From an uncultured Planctomycetia bacterium (lineage in GTDB: Bacteria > Omnitrophota > Gorgyraeia > Duberdicusellales > 4484-171), in contig CAZVQU010000003.1 in NCBI GenBank assembly GCA_964629655.1, forward strand, positions 83,613 to 145,550: a DNA stretch of 61,938 bases. The letters run 5' to 3'. Numbering within the stretch: position 1 is the stretch's first letter; every line of letters begins with the position of its first letter. Below, one piece after another: positions 6,696-15,537 of the stretch. The notes below the pieces were generated by a model. The model ran no database searches. It was not told where the DNA came from and saw nothing but the letters and a program-made list of their open reading frames with translations. A program made the position numbers and the translations under genes.

Positions 6696-7403
6696 ATGGT
6701 AACTTGTGTAATTACAGGATTAATTCTTACTTTGATAGCAACCGTACTTTTATTCGTTGGCTTAAAACATCTTCCTTGGAAGGCACAAACATGGAATGGG
6801 TCCAGTGGAAAAGAAAAAAGTTTTTTTAAATCAAGGCAAGCTTATTCGACAATCGGTTTTGGATTACTATTTTTTGGATTCTTATTGCAGCTGATCGGCG
6901 TGGTCGGTGATGCAAGCTCGGATTTAGGAAGCGAAATTAAAATAGGTATTATATTCATGGCTGTGACGATACTTTTTTTGATAGTTTATATTGCTATTAA
7001 GGGGATTACAGATTGGAGAATAATCGCTGGTTTGATATTGGTAGTTTTGGCATTGCCTGTTTTGCAATTGTTTAATTCAGGCAAGATTAGTGATCTTTTT
7101 CTTCAATATGGCGATAAAAAGATCAGGCTTGTCAACTCAAAATTACAGGAGATAAAGGTAATAGAGTCAAAGATAAAGAATATTTCAGAATCGGTTGCAA
7201 AACTCATAGCTGAAAATCAAGCCTGGACGATGCGTTTTGAGCCTGAAGGTGGAGCATTACGACGAATGCAAAATGCGAAACAAGAAATTAATGTTTTTTT
7301 AGATGAGGTAGGGACAACTAAAGAGCGCCGCGCGGAAATATTGGGTATTTTAAATGAAATGATTGAGCACGATATAAAAGAGGAAGAGAAGAAAAAGGAA
7401 TGA
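6696..7403 (+). CDS. hypothetical membrane protein (about 4 TM helices plus a C-terminal coiled-coil/charged tail)
   Basis: Hydrophobic segments at roughly aa 4-23, 52-70, 82-100 and 108-125. The C-terminal half is K/E-rich. The start lies 3 nt after the HTH gene stop. I recognise no family. Confidence 0.5.
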   Translation: MVTCVITGLILTLIATVLLFVGLKHLPWKAQTWNGSSGKEKSFFKSRQAYSTIGFGLLFFGFLLQLIGVVGDASSDLGSEIKIGIIFMAVTILFLIVYIAIKGITDWRIIAGLILVVLALPVLQLFNSGKISDLFLQYGDKKIRLVNSKLQEIKVIESKIKNISESVAKLIAENQAWTMRFEPEGGALRRMQNAKQEINVFLDEVGTTKERRAEILGILNEMIEHDIKEEEKKKE

Positions 7404-8107
7404 AAGTAGCTGTTTTTGCGGTTCAATATAAGATTAAATTTAATGAGTATCCTGCAAGAATTAACAAAGAGTTTCGTGACGGCTATAGAAATCCCTTGTT
7501 TGGCAAGCTAGTAGAACGCGCGTGTTCTGAAAAGGTTAATCTTGTGGTGTTGCCTGGTGGATTTTTTCGCACGGATTATCCTGACAAAATCGCTAAATAC
7601 TTAGAAAAACATCCCCCTAAAGTCAATGTGCTGGTAGGACGTGATAATGCTTCTGGTTCTAAATTAGAAGTTTTAATGGTTAGTCCAAGTGGTATGATTC
7701 GGAAAGAAATAGTTGAAGTTTACGACCAATACAAAAAGGCTAGAAATAATAAAAGTAAGCGAAAAGTTATTCTTCAGAGTATATGCGACAGACGTTTTCA
7801 AATTGATAATGAAATGTACACTGTTTTTTCTTGTGGCGATGTGCTTATTCCTGAGATACGAAAAGCGTCGCCCCTTACTTATTGTAAAGCTGCTTTTGTC
7901 TTGGCGCATTATACAGCCCGGAGGTTTTCATCTTCAATGCGAAAAATAGACATACCTATATTTCTTTCGCATCATCTTAAACATCCATGGATTTCACAAA
8001 ACTACGCGTATAATGGAAAATTCAAAAAAGATGACCCTAGACCTTTGAAGAGAATTTGCGGTGAATTTCAAGGATTAAAATGGGTCGCTAGGATTTATTC
8101 GGTTTAA
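7400..8107 (+). CDS. hypothetical protein, weakly carbon-nitrogen-hydrolase-like
   Basis: Overlaps the upstream stop by 4 nt (ATGA). 'MKVAVFAVQ....VNLVVLPGGFFRTDY' and 'TVFSCGDVLIPE' resemble nitrilase-superfamily strands. The usual Glu of 'PE' is Gly here. Confidence 0.35.
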   Translation: MKVAVFAVQYKIKFNEYPARINKEFRDGYRNPLFGKLVERACSEKVNLVVLPGGFFRTDYPDKIAKYLEKHPPKVNVLVGRDNASGSKLEVLMVSPSGMIRKEIVEVYDQYKKARNNKSKRKVILQSICDRRFQIDNEMYTVFSCGDVLIPEIRKASPLTYCKAAFVLAHYTARRFSSSMRKIDIPIFLSHHLKHPWISQNYAYNGKFKKDDPRPLKRICGEFQGLKWVARIYSV

Positions 8108-8152
8108 AAAAGACGAAATTGATGAGTGGATGAGGAGTAAAAGGAGAGATAA

Positions 8153-8749
8153 GTGATAGCAATTGCTATAATTAGTTTGTTGTTGGGTGTGATAGGCGTG
8201 GTTTTTACTGTCCCAAAATCACGCCATTATGTCCTGAGAAAGTTTAGTTTCTTGAACCCTAAGCTTAGTGCAAATTTTTCCATTTTAGAAAAAAAGACTG
8301 TAGTTCGAGGTCTGGAGATAAATCTAAATTTTGGGAATGGTTCCTTTAATAAAGTGGAGCAGTGTTTCTTTTTAGAATTTATTTTTTACAATAATACAGG
8401 AAGTAAAGTTCATATTTCAAATTTAAGAATAGCAGATGTATCTTCATTGTTGAAAATCAATCCAGAGGCGGATAAAAATATAAATGATAATTCTTACTCT
8501 CTAAAATTTATAGAGGAGGTAGGGTTTTTGAGGGGAGCTTATTCCAAAAGGGAAATAACCATAGACACTAATGCTAAGGTCAAAACGGGGATCCCTTTAT
8601 CAAATGAATACACGGAAAGTGATATGAAAACTTTGATTAAAAAACTAAAACAGCATACTAACAAGCCTAATGAGATAAAATATTTTGTTTTAAAATATTA
8701 TGCCAAGATAGGGGTAGACAAGTCCTTAGAAGTCGAATTTAATTATTAA
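8153..8749 (+). CDS. hypothetical protein with an N-terminal TM anchor
   Basis: GTG start. 'MIAIAIISLLLGVIGVVFTV' is a hydrophobic helix, followed by a ~175-aa soluble part with no motif I recognise. Confidence 0.45.
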   Translation: MIAIAIISLLLGVIGVVFTVPKSRHYVLRKFSFLNPKLSANFSILEKKTVVRGLEINLNFGNGSFNKVEQCFFLEFIFYNNTGSKVHISNLRIADVSSLLKINPEADKNINDNSYSLKFIEEVGFLRGAYSKREITIDTNAKVKTGIPLSNEYTESDMKTLIKKLKQHTNKPNEIKYFVLKYYAKIGVDKSLEVEFNY

Positions 8750-8859
8750 AAGGGGTTATTGCAATTACCCCGTTTGTGTAGATAAGGATATTAAAGCGAT
8801 TAATGAATGGTGCAATGCACTAAACGAGAAATAAAGTAATATATCGTTAGGTAAATTAT

Positions 8860-9429
8860 ATGAGTATAGACATTCGTATAAAAGTTAGGAATTGTATAGA
8901 AGTTATAAAAGAAAAGTTCGAGAATAATCACAATTTATTCTTGAGTGAAACAGATGTTGTTTGTCAGCTATACGCAGAGTTGTTAAAGGAAAGTGATTTT
9001 AGGCGAGTTCGTAGAACACGCTCTGGTCAGAGTACGATAGCATTGCACACCGAGGTTCCATTCTTCTCACGAGAATTGAGGGGAAGAGAAATCCCTATAC
9101 TAGATAGGTGGGTAGATATTGCAATACTGGATCAGTCTAAGATGACTTTTAATAGAAACGATTTTCGTCTAAGTAAATACTCGTCTAAGATTTATCGCTT
9201 TATAGAGGAAAAGTGTTGCATTGAAGTCAAATTAAATTCGATCGATTCTAAACGAAAAAGCCTAGATGGCATTGAGAGAGATTTAAGGAAGTTAAAGCTC
9301 TTAAATTCAGAAATAGCATTCATGTTGGCCCTAGACAAAAGAGCTCATTTGAATTCTAATGATATAGAAAGCTTAGAAAGCAAATATCCCGACGTGGAAG
9401 TTATATATGGAACACCAAGTAGCCATTAA
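8860..9429 (+). CDS. hypothetical protein with a PD-(D/E)XK-like motif arrangement
   Basis: 'ALHTEV', 'RWVDIAILD' and 'CCIEVKLN' give an E...D...E-x-K pattern. The 3' end overlaps the recombinase start by 23 nt. Confidence 0.4.
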   Translation: MSIDIRIKVRNCIEVIKEKFENNHNLFLSETDVVCQLYAELLKESDFRRVRRTRSGQSTIALHTEVPFFSRELRGREIPILDRWVDIAILDQSKMTFNRNDFRLSKYSSKIYRFIEEKCCIEVKLNSIDSKRKSLDGIERDLRKLKLLNSEIAFMLALDKRAHLNSNDIESLESKYPDVEVIYGTPSSH

Positions 9430-11086
9430 AGTTGCAATTTATATTCGTGTTTCGACTGAATATCAAGCGAAGGAAGGATATTCGCTTGAGGTGCAGAGAG
9501 AATATCTTGAGTCTTTTGCCAAGCGGGAAGGGTATGAAGTTTTTAAGGTTTATTGCGATGAGGGTATAAGCGCATATTCTACACATCGCCCTGCCTTACA
9601 ACAGTTACTTGCCGATGCAAAGGCTAAAAAGTTTGACCTTGTGTTGGTTCATAAAATTGATCGTTTCAGTCGTAACCTTAAAGACTTGCTTATGCTGGTT
9701 GATGAGTTATCTTTTTGTGGTGTTGGCTTCAAATCTGCAACTGAACCGTTTGACACAACGATATCAGCCGGAAAGCTGATGTTTCAGCAGCTTGGCTCTT
9801 TTGCTGAGTTTGAGCGTAATAGAATTGCAGAGCGTGTATTTCCAGGCATGGTAAAAGGTGTTCAGCTTGGCAATTGGCAAGGTGCACGATTTGTGCCGTT
9901 TGGTTATAGTTACAGTAAAGCCAAGAAGCTGTTAGAAATTGAGGAAAGGGAGGCTAATATCGTTAAGCTGGTTTACACGATGTATCTCTCCGGCAAAAGC
10001 TCTCGCGATATAGCTGCCTATCTTGACAGGAAAGGATACAAGACAAGAGCAGGCAAGCAATTTTACAACAAGTTTATTTGCGATGTACTTAAAAACCAGA
10101 TATACACTGGTAAAATTGTGTGGAATAAAAAACACTATGACAAGAATCAGAAGACCAAGAAGCATTACAAGTATGTCAGGAACGATCCTTCAAAGATTCT
10201 TATTGCACAGGGAAAGCATAAACCAATAATTGACGAAGATGATTTTATGCAAGTGCAGAAATTATTAGCAGATAAGAAGATAACATGGCGGCCACGAATA
10301 AGAAATAAAGAGTATCTTTTAACAGGTTTGCTTACTTGTGCGAAGTGTAGTCATAAATACAATGGTGTGTCTTCAATATCAAACCACCGAACGAATAAGA
10401 AGAAACGCTGGTATCGTTGTTCTGGACCTTATGCAAGCCATATCAAGTGTACAAATAGGTCAGTGAAGGCAGAGGATGTCGAGCCAGAGGTCACGAAGAT
10501 AGTTGCCCAGTTGGTTCAGAATGAGCGCTTAAAACAGAGCCGATGGACGACAGGGACTTTGCAAAAAGAGGCAAATTTCCCAGTTTTTGCTAAAAACGCA
10601 AAAACAGACCTTTCTGAGATTAAAGATAATCTAAAAATCAACCAAGAAAAGCAGTTAAAGCTTACCGACGCTTATCTGGAAAATTTGCTTGGTGAAGATG
10701 TATATCGTGATAAAATGGATGCTTTGCGCAGGGATGAGGACGAGATCAAAAAACTCCTTGCAGACATTGAGCTTCAAGGGATAGAGCGGGAACGCTCTGA
10801 GGGCTATGTTAACAGAGTAAAAGACTTTCTTGACGGCTACGATGACAGCAAAGAAAAAATAGATTTTGCTACCAAGAGAGAGCTGACTGGGCTGCTTTTT
10901 AAAAACATCAAAATCGCCCCAGCCATCGGCGGGGCTTTGCTTGAGAAAAGAATCTCTGTTTCTCTTTTTGGCCCATTTAATTTTCTCTTTTCGGAGGCGA
11001 AAAAAAATCAAAAATGTCAAAAAAATCAAAGAATTTTCAAGATTCGGCGAAAAAAATCTACATCCGCACATTCGGCTGCCAGATGA
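9407..11086 (+). CDS. large serine recombinase (resolvase domain + recombinase domain + zinc ribbon + coiled coil); the functional 3' end is uncertain
   Basis: 'VAIYIRVSTEYQ' holds the catalytic Ser, with 'HKIDRFSRN' downstream. The Cys cluster is 'CAKCSHKYNG...YRCSG...CTN'. The last 184 nt of the ORF run through IR-R and overlap the miaB start by 73 nt. Confidence 0.85.
   Translation: MEHQVAIKVAIYIRVSTEYQAKEGYSLEVQREYLESFAKREGYEVFKVYCDEGISAYSTHRPALQQLLADAKAKKFDLVLVHKIDRFSRNLKDLLMLVDELSFCGVGFKSATEPFDTTISAGKLMFQQLGSFAEFERNRIAERVFPGMVKGVQLGNWQGARFVPFGYSYSKAKKLLEIEEREANIVKLVYTMYLSGKSSRDIAAYLDRKGYKTRAGKQFYNKFICDVLKNQIYTGKIVWNKKHYDKNQKTKKHYKYVRNDPSKILIAQGKHKPIIDEDDFMQVQKLLADKKITWRPRIRNKEYLLTGLLTCAKCSHKYNGVSSISNHRTNKKKRWYRCSGPYASHIKCTNRSVKAEDVEPEVTKIVAQLVQNERLKQSRWTTGTLQKEANFPVFAKNAKTDLSEIKDNLKINQEKQLKLTDAYLENLLGEDVYRDKMDALRRDEDEIKKLLADIELQGIERERSEGYVNRVKDFLDGYDDSKEKIDFATKRELTGLLFKNIKIAPAIGGALLEKRISVSLFGPFNFLFSEAKKNQKCQKNQRIFKIRRKKSTSAHSAAR
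10903..11078 (+). repeat. 176-bp inverted repeat, right copy (IR-R), containing the miaB leader and codons 1-21
   Basis: See IR-L. The copy ends after the second base of the Cys22 codon of miaB. Confidence 0.95.
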
Positions 11087-12180
11087 ACGATCGCGACTCG
11101 GAAGCTCTGCTAGGGTTATTTGTGGATAAGGGGTATTTGGTAGCTAAAAGTGCCCAAGAGGCTGATCTAGTTTTGGTTAACACCTGCTCAGTGCGTGCTC
11201 ATGCTGAAGATAGGGCAAGGTCTTATCTGGGAAGTTTAAGGGAAAAGGGAAAGGGTCCTTCGACTTCGCTCAGGACCAATAAGACCAAGAACCACGTTCT
11301 TGGTCTTATTGGCTGCATGGCGGCTAACAAAGGAAAAGAGATATTTGAAAGGATGTCGCATATTGATTTAGTTTGCGGGCCGGCTAGTTTTGCTAAGATA
11401 TTCGGGTATGTAGAGGAAATTCGAGACAAGAGAAAAAGAATAATTGATATAAATGATAATAAGCGCAACGAAGAACTTTATCAGTCTTCTTATAGGGTTG
11501 ATGAAGGCAAGGCTCAAGTAGTTATTTCAACCGGGTGTTCTAATTTTTGCTCTTATTGTGTTGTTCCTTATGTGCGTGGAAAATTGCGTCTGCGTAAGCC
11601 TTTGGATGTAGTTGATGAGGTTAAACGAAATATTTCCTCAGGGATTAAGAACATCACCCTCCTAGGGCAGAATGTTAACGATTACAAGTATAAATCAACG
11701 GATTTTGTCAAACTATTAGGAACAATAGCCGATATTGAGGGCTTAGAGTCTTTGGATTTTATCACTTCTCAACCAAGAAATACCTCAAAAGTATTGTTTA
11801 CTCTTATCGAAAAATCGCCTAAAATAAGAAGACACCTGCATCTTCCTTTTCAGTCCGGTTCTAATCGGATGCTGGAGTTGATGAATAGAGGTTACACCAG
11901 AGAGAAATACTTACAACTTGTAGATGACTATAAAAAAATCGTTGGCGGAACCTTAAGCACAGACGTTATTGTCGGTTTTCCCTCAGAGAGTGAGGAAGAT
12001 TTTAAGCAGACTAAGGATATACTAGAGAAGGTTAGGTTTAGCCATGCTTTTATCTTTAAGTATTCTCGGCGAAGAGCAGCTAAGAGTTTTGAGTTGGCTG
12101 ATGATGTAGCAAAGGACGTAAAAGCGAAGCGTCATAAAATATTGTTAGATTTACAGAAGAAAATATCAATGGGTGAGTAA
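11014..12180 (+). CDS. miaB: MiaB-family radical SAM methylthiotransferase (short form, no obvious TRAM domain)
   Basis: 'IRTFGCQMN' belongs to the N-terminal Fe-S domain. 'GCSNFCSYCVVPYVRG' is the radical SAM CX3CX2C motif. At 388 aa it is short for the family. Confidence 0.8.
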   Translation: MSKKSKNFQDSAKKIYIRTFGCQMNDRDSEALLGLFVDKGYLVAKSAQEADLVLVNTCSVRAHAEDRARSYLGSLREKGKGPSTSLRTNKTKNHVLGLIGCMAANKGKEIFERMSHIDLVCGPASFAKIFGYVEEIRDKRKRIIDINDNKRNEELYQSSYRVDEGKAQVVISTGCSNFCSYCVVPYVRGKLRLRKPLDVVDEVKRNISSGIKNITLLGQNVNDYKYKSTDFVKLLGTIADIEGLESLDFITSQPRNTSKVLFTLIEKSPKIRRHLHLPFQSGSNRMLELMNRGYTREKYLQLVDDYKKIVGGTLSTDVIVGFPSESEEDFKQTKDILEKVRFSHAFIFKYSRRRAAKSFELADDVAKDVKAKRHKILLDLQKKISMGE

Positions 12181-12181
12181 T

Positions 12182-12910
12182 ATGAAAATAATTAGTTTAG
12201 TTCTGGTTTTTGTTTTTTTAATATCTTTCTCGGGTTATTCTTTTTCAATAGCCGATGTTCACAGAGAGTATCTCTACGGGAACTATGACGATGCTATAAG
12301 AATAGCTAAGGATTTGCGCGAGAGCGGTGAGGCACTTTACTATTTAGGTTTATCTTATACAAAGATAGGCGAGTATGCAAAAGCTCGTACATACTTTCGA
12401 AGAATCCTGCGACGCTTTCCAGATTCTTCATTCTATGAATCGAGCATGGTTAAAATATCTGACACATACTTTCTTGAGAAGAATTATCCAAGGGCTAAAG
12501 AACTTTATCATGAGATAGAGCAGAGGTCTTCCTCGGACGATTTTTCACCGGTAGTGTTATTAAGGTTGGCTCAGATTGCAAGCCGTCAGGGCAAGTGGGA
12601 CGAGAAGTCAAAGTATATAAAACGCATAAAGTCGAAGTACCCCAAGTCTAGTGAGATGAAGTTTATCAGAGTCTTAGAAGCCTTGGGAGATTTCTTCACT
12701 ATACAAGTTGGTGCTTTTAGCGTGAAGAAGAACGCTCGTGATCTAACTGAAGAGCTAAAGGGTGAGTACTCCCCGTATATTGTAAAAGAAAAAAAAGGCA
12801 ATTATCTTCTTTATAAGGTACGTGTCGGTAGATTCAAGAATCGCTATGATGCCCAAGGAGTCTCGTCCAAATTACTTGATGAAGGATACCCTGCCCGAAT
12901 CTATCCCTAG
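12182..12910 (+). CDS. TPR-repeat / SPOR-domain protein with a signal anchor
   Basis: The C-terminus 'FTIQVGAFSVKKNARDL...YLLYKVRVGRFKNRYDAQ' is SPOR-like. TPR-like repeats lie in the N-terminal half. I preferred the ATG at 12182 over the GTG at 12173. Confidence 0.6.
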   Translation: MKIISLVLVFVFLISFSGYSFSIADVHREYLYGNYDDAIRIAKDLRESGEALYYLGLSYTKIGEYAKARTYFRRILRRFPDSSFYESSMVKISDTYFLEKNYPRAKELYHEIEQRSSSDDFSPVVLLRLAQIASRQGKWDEKSKYIKRIKSKYPKSSEMKFIRVLEALGDFFTIQVGAFSVKKNARDLTEELKGEYSPYIVKEKKGNYLLYKVRVGRFKNRYDAQGVSSKLLDEGYPARIYP

Positions 12911-12917
12911 ATAAGTT

Positions 12918-13832
12918 ATGAGTAAGATTATCTTCATTGTTGGACCTACCGCCACAGGAAAGACCGAGGCCAGTTTTTTACTAGCTCGAAAACTTCAGGC
13001 CGAAATCGTCTCGGCAGACGCTATGCTTGTTTATCGGGAGCCAAGAATTATAACCTCAAAGCCTCCTCTGTATATTCTCGGGCAGGTAAAGCATCATTTC
13101 GTAGACGTGATTTCGGCAAAGAAAAGCTATGGTGTATTTGATTACTTTCTCTCTGCTTCTAAGACAATAGAGGAGTTAGTTAATAAAGGCATCTCGGTTA
13201 TTGTTTGTGGAGGTAGCGGTCTTTATATAAAAGCGATTTTAGATGGTATATTCGCGGGGCCGGGCAAGGATGAGGCCTTAAGAAAAAAACTGGCTGAAAC
13301 AGCCCAAGCCCAGGGTAATCAGTATTTGTACCGTAAATTAGAAGAAGTAGATTCTGAAACCGCAAAAAAGCTCTCTTCTAATGATTTGAGGAGAGTAATC
13401 AGGGCTTTAGAGGTTTATTCCCTAAGCGGTCGGCCTTTATCTGAAAAGAAGAAAGAGGCAACTGGCCTTTGGCCAAAGCTAGGAATTGAGATTTTTGGCT
13501 TAAGGCTTAAACGCAGGAATCTTTATCAGCGGATAAATAAGAGAACCGATGAAATGTTTAGCCAAGGGGCGGTAGATGAGGTTAGAGATTTATTAACTAT
13601 TGAATTAAGTCTTACTGCCAGGAAAATACTTGGTATAAGCGAGATAGAGAGATTTTTGAAGGGTGATTTAACCCAGGAGGAATCCAAAGAGATTATAAAG
13701 AAGAATACTCGTAACTTTGCTAAGCGACAAGTTACCTGGTTTAGAAAAGATAAACGTATTCAGTGGATAGACGTAGATGAATTGAGCTCTGAACAGGTAG
13801 CAGATGACATATTAAGGAGAAGTCATGACTAA
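12918..13832 (+). CDS. miaA: tRNA dimethylallyltransferase
   Basis: '[15 protein letters not shown]' P-loop and 'RRVIRALEV', with typical length. Confidence 0.85.
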   Translation: MSKIIFIVGPTATGKTEASFLLARKLQAEIVSADAMLVYREPRIITSKPPLYILGQVKHHFVDVISAKKSYGVFDYFLSASKTIEELVNKGISVIVCGGSGLYIKAILDGIFAGPGKDEALRKKLAETAQAQGNQYLYRKLEEVDSETAKKLSSNDLRRVIRALEVYSLSGRPLSEKKKEATGLWPKLGIEIFGLRLKRRNLYQRINKRTDEMFSQGAVDEVRDLLTIELSLTARKILGISEIERFLKGDLTQEESKEIIKKNTRNFAKRQVTWFRKDKRIQWIDVDELSSEQVADDILRRSHD

Positions 13833-15114
13833 GAATATGCATCAAACCGAAAGGAAAGAAAAAGCTTTATTGGTGGTGAGTAAGGCTGTTGATGAGGTAT
13901 GGAGCCAGGAGGCTTTAGGCCAAGAGCTTAAGAGCTTGGTAACTTCAGCCGGAGTTGAAGTTTTGGAGGTAGTTAGTTTTAATCTAGGTAAAATAAATCC
14001 TGCCCTTTATATCGGTAAGGGTAAAGTGGAAGAGATTACGAATAAAGTTAAGGAAATAAAGGCTAGTGTGGTTATTTTTAACAGTGATCTTCATTTTGCC
14101 CAACAGCGTAACTTAGAGGATGCCTTAGGTGTTAAGACAATTGATCGTACTCAGCTTATATTGGATATATTTGCCAGGCACGCTCAAACTCAGGAAGGTA
14201 TTTTACAGGTTGAGCTGGCTCAATTAGAATATCTTCTGCCTCGGCTCAGAGGTCAGGGCATAATTTTATCACGTTTAGGAGGCGGAATTGGTACTCGTGG
14301 TCCAGGTGAGAAGAAGTTAGAAGTTGATAAAAGAAGAATAACTGACCATATAGGATATTTAAAAAAAGATTTAAGACTTATAATTAGCCATCGGGCAACT
14401 CAGCGTAAAAAGAGAAAAAAACAAGGAGTGGATACTTGTTCTTTGGTAGGTTACACTAATGCCGGTAAAACAACTCTTTTTAACGCTTTATCCGGAGACC
14501 ATCAGAGAACTTCTTCAACTCTTTTTACTACTCTTGATGCAGTAACCCGTACACTTGTTTTAGGTGGAAATTTAAAAATAGTTTTATCGGATACAGTAGG
14601 TTTTATTTATAAGTTGCCTTTAAAATTAATTGATGCTTTTAAAGCTACGTTAGAGGAGTTAAATTATTCAGATGTTATTTTACACGTTATTGATTCCGGC
14701 AATAGTGATATAGAAAAAATAAAAAATTCAGTAGATGATACTTTAAGCAGTCTTAAGTTAAATGAAAAACCTACTATTGTGATTTTTAATAAGATTGATA
14801 CAATACCTTCTTATAAAATAGAGCAGTTAAAAGAAAGATATCCGGGAAGTATTTTTGTTTCAGCTTTTAAATCTGAAGGTTTAGAAAATTTAAAGGAGGA
14901 AATACATAACCGGGTTTTTAGGGATATGGTTGAGGCGGTAGTAGAGGTGCCGTTTAACCGGATGGATATTTCATCTTATCTCCATGATAACTGCGAGGTG
15001 CTAGAAGTCGAGTATCGTCAAAAGATTGCTATTTTTAAGATAAAGAGTAGAAAACTACGATTAGAATATCTGAAAAGGAACGGTTTAGAAGTAAAGGAGG
15101 TAAGATGCGAGTAG
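13825..15114 (+). CDS. hflX: GTPase HflX
   Basis: '[15 protein letters not shown]' and '[12 protein letters not shown]' in the N-terminal domain. G motifs are '[12 protein letters not shown]', 'DTVGF' and 'NKID'. Confidence 0.85.
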   Translation: MTKNMHQTERKEKALLVVSKAVDEVWSQEALGQELKSLVTSAGVEVLEVVSFNLGKINPALYIGKGKVEEITNKVKEIKASVVIFNSDLHFAQQRNLEDALGVKTIDRTQLILDIFARHAQTQEGILQVELAQLEYLLPRLRGQGIILSRLGGGIGTRGPGEKKLEVDKRRITDHIGYLKKDLRLIISHRATQRKKRKKQGVDTCSLVGYTNAGKTTLFNALSGDHQRTSSTLFTTLDAVTRTLVLGGNLKIVLSDTVGFIYKLPLKLIDAFKATLEELNYSDVILHVIDSGNSDIEKIKNSVDDTLSSLKLNEKPTIVIFNKIDTIPSYKIEQLKERYPGSIFVSAFKSEGLENLKEEIHNRVFRDMVEAVVEVPFNRMDISSYLHDNCEVLEVEYRQKIAIFKIKSRKLRLEYLKRNGLEVKEVRCE

Positions 15115-15449
15115 ATGTGTCATTCAAATATTTAAAGAAAAGTGATTTCATAAATAATGTTCTCAAGAATAACTTTAAAAAGATGAAGCGGCGGATTCAG
15201 ATATTTCGTCGAAACGACCCTATTCATATATCAGTTCATATCGAGAAGAATCCCCACAAGGACCAATTTTTCTGCCGATCACACCTTTATCTACCTACAT
15301 CTAAGGTCTTGGTGGTCGATGAGAAGGCCAGAAGTTCATCCCTAGCGATAAATAAGGCTTTTTCAGCTCTTTCAAGGCAGCTGGACAAGGAGAAGCACAA
15401 GTGGCGCAGTCAGCGCAGGAGGGTAGAGAAAGAGCCAGAGTTCGAATAA
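15105..15449 (+). CDS. hpf: ribosome hibernation factor HPF/RaiA-like
   Basis: 114 aa. '[19 protein letters not shown]' parallels the E. coli HPF C-terminal helix 'AIDGLIDKLARQLTKHKDK'. Confidence 0.55.
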   Translation: MRVDVSFKYLKKSDFINNVLKNNFKKMKRRIQIFRRNDPIHISVHIEKNPHKDQFFCRSHLYLPTSKVLVVDEKARSSSLAINKAFSALSRQLDKEKHKWRSQRRRVEKEPEFE

Positions 15450-15467
15450 AAATAAAAATAGTTTCGC

Positions 15468-15496
15468 TTGACGTAAAGATACCAGTATGTTAGCAT
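15468..15496 (+). promoter_or_regulatory. sigma70-like promoter of the hrcA-grpE-dnaK-dnaJ operon
   Basis: TTGACG, 17-nt spacer, TAGCAT, immediately upstream of CIRCE. Confidence 0.55.
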
Positions 15497-15498
15497 AT

Positions 15499-15525
15499 TT
15501 AGCACTCTTTGACCAAGAGTGCTAA
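15499..15525. promoter_or_regulatory. CIRCE operator (HrcA binding site)
   Basis: Perfect TTAGCACTC-N9-GAGTGCTAA, 12 nt upstream of the hrcA start. Confidence 0.95.
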
Positions 15526-15537
15526 TGAAAAGGTTTA

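Larger units (their letters stand above)
6185..11078 (+). mobile_element. IR-bounded serine-recombinase element (invertible segment or integrative element)
   Basis: Perfect 176-bp inverted repeats enclose a promoter, an HTH gene, four cargo genes and a large serine recombinase, all on one strand. Confidence 0.55.
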
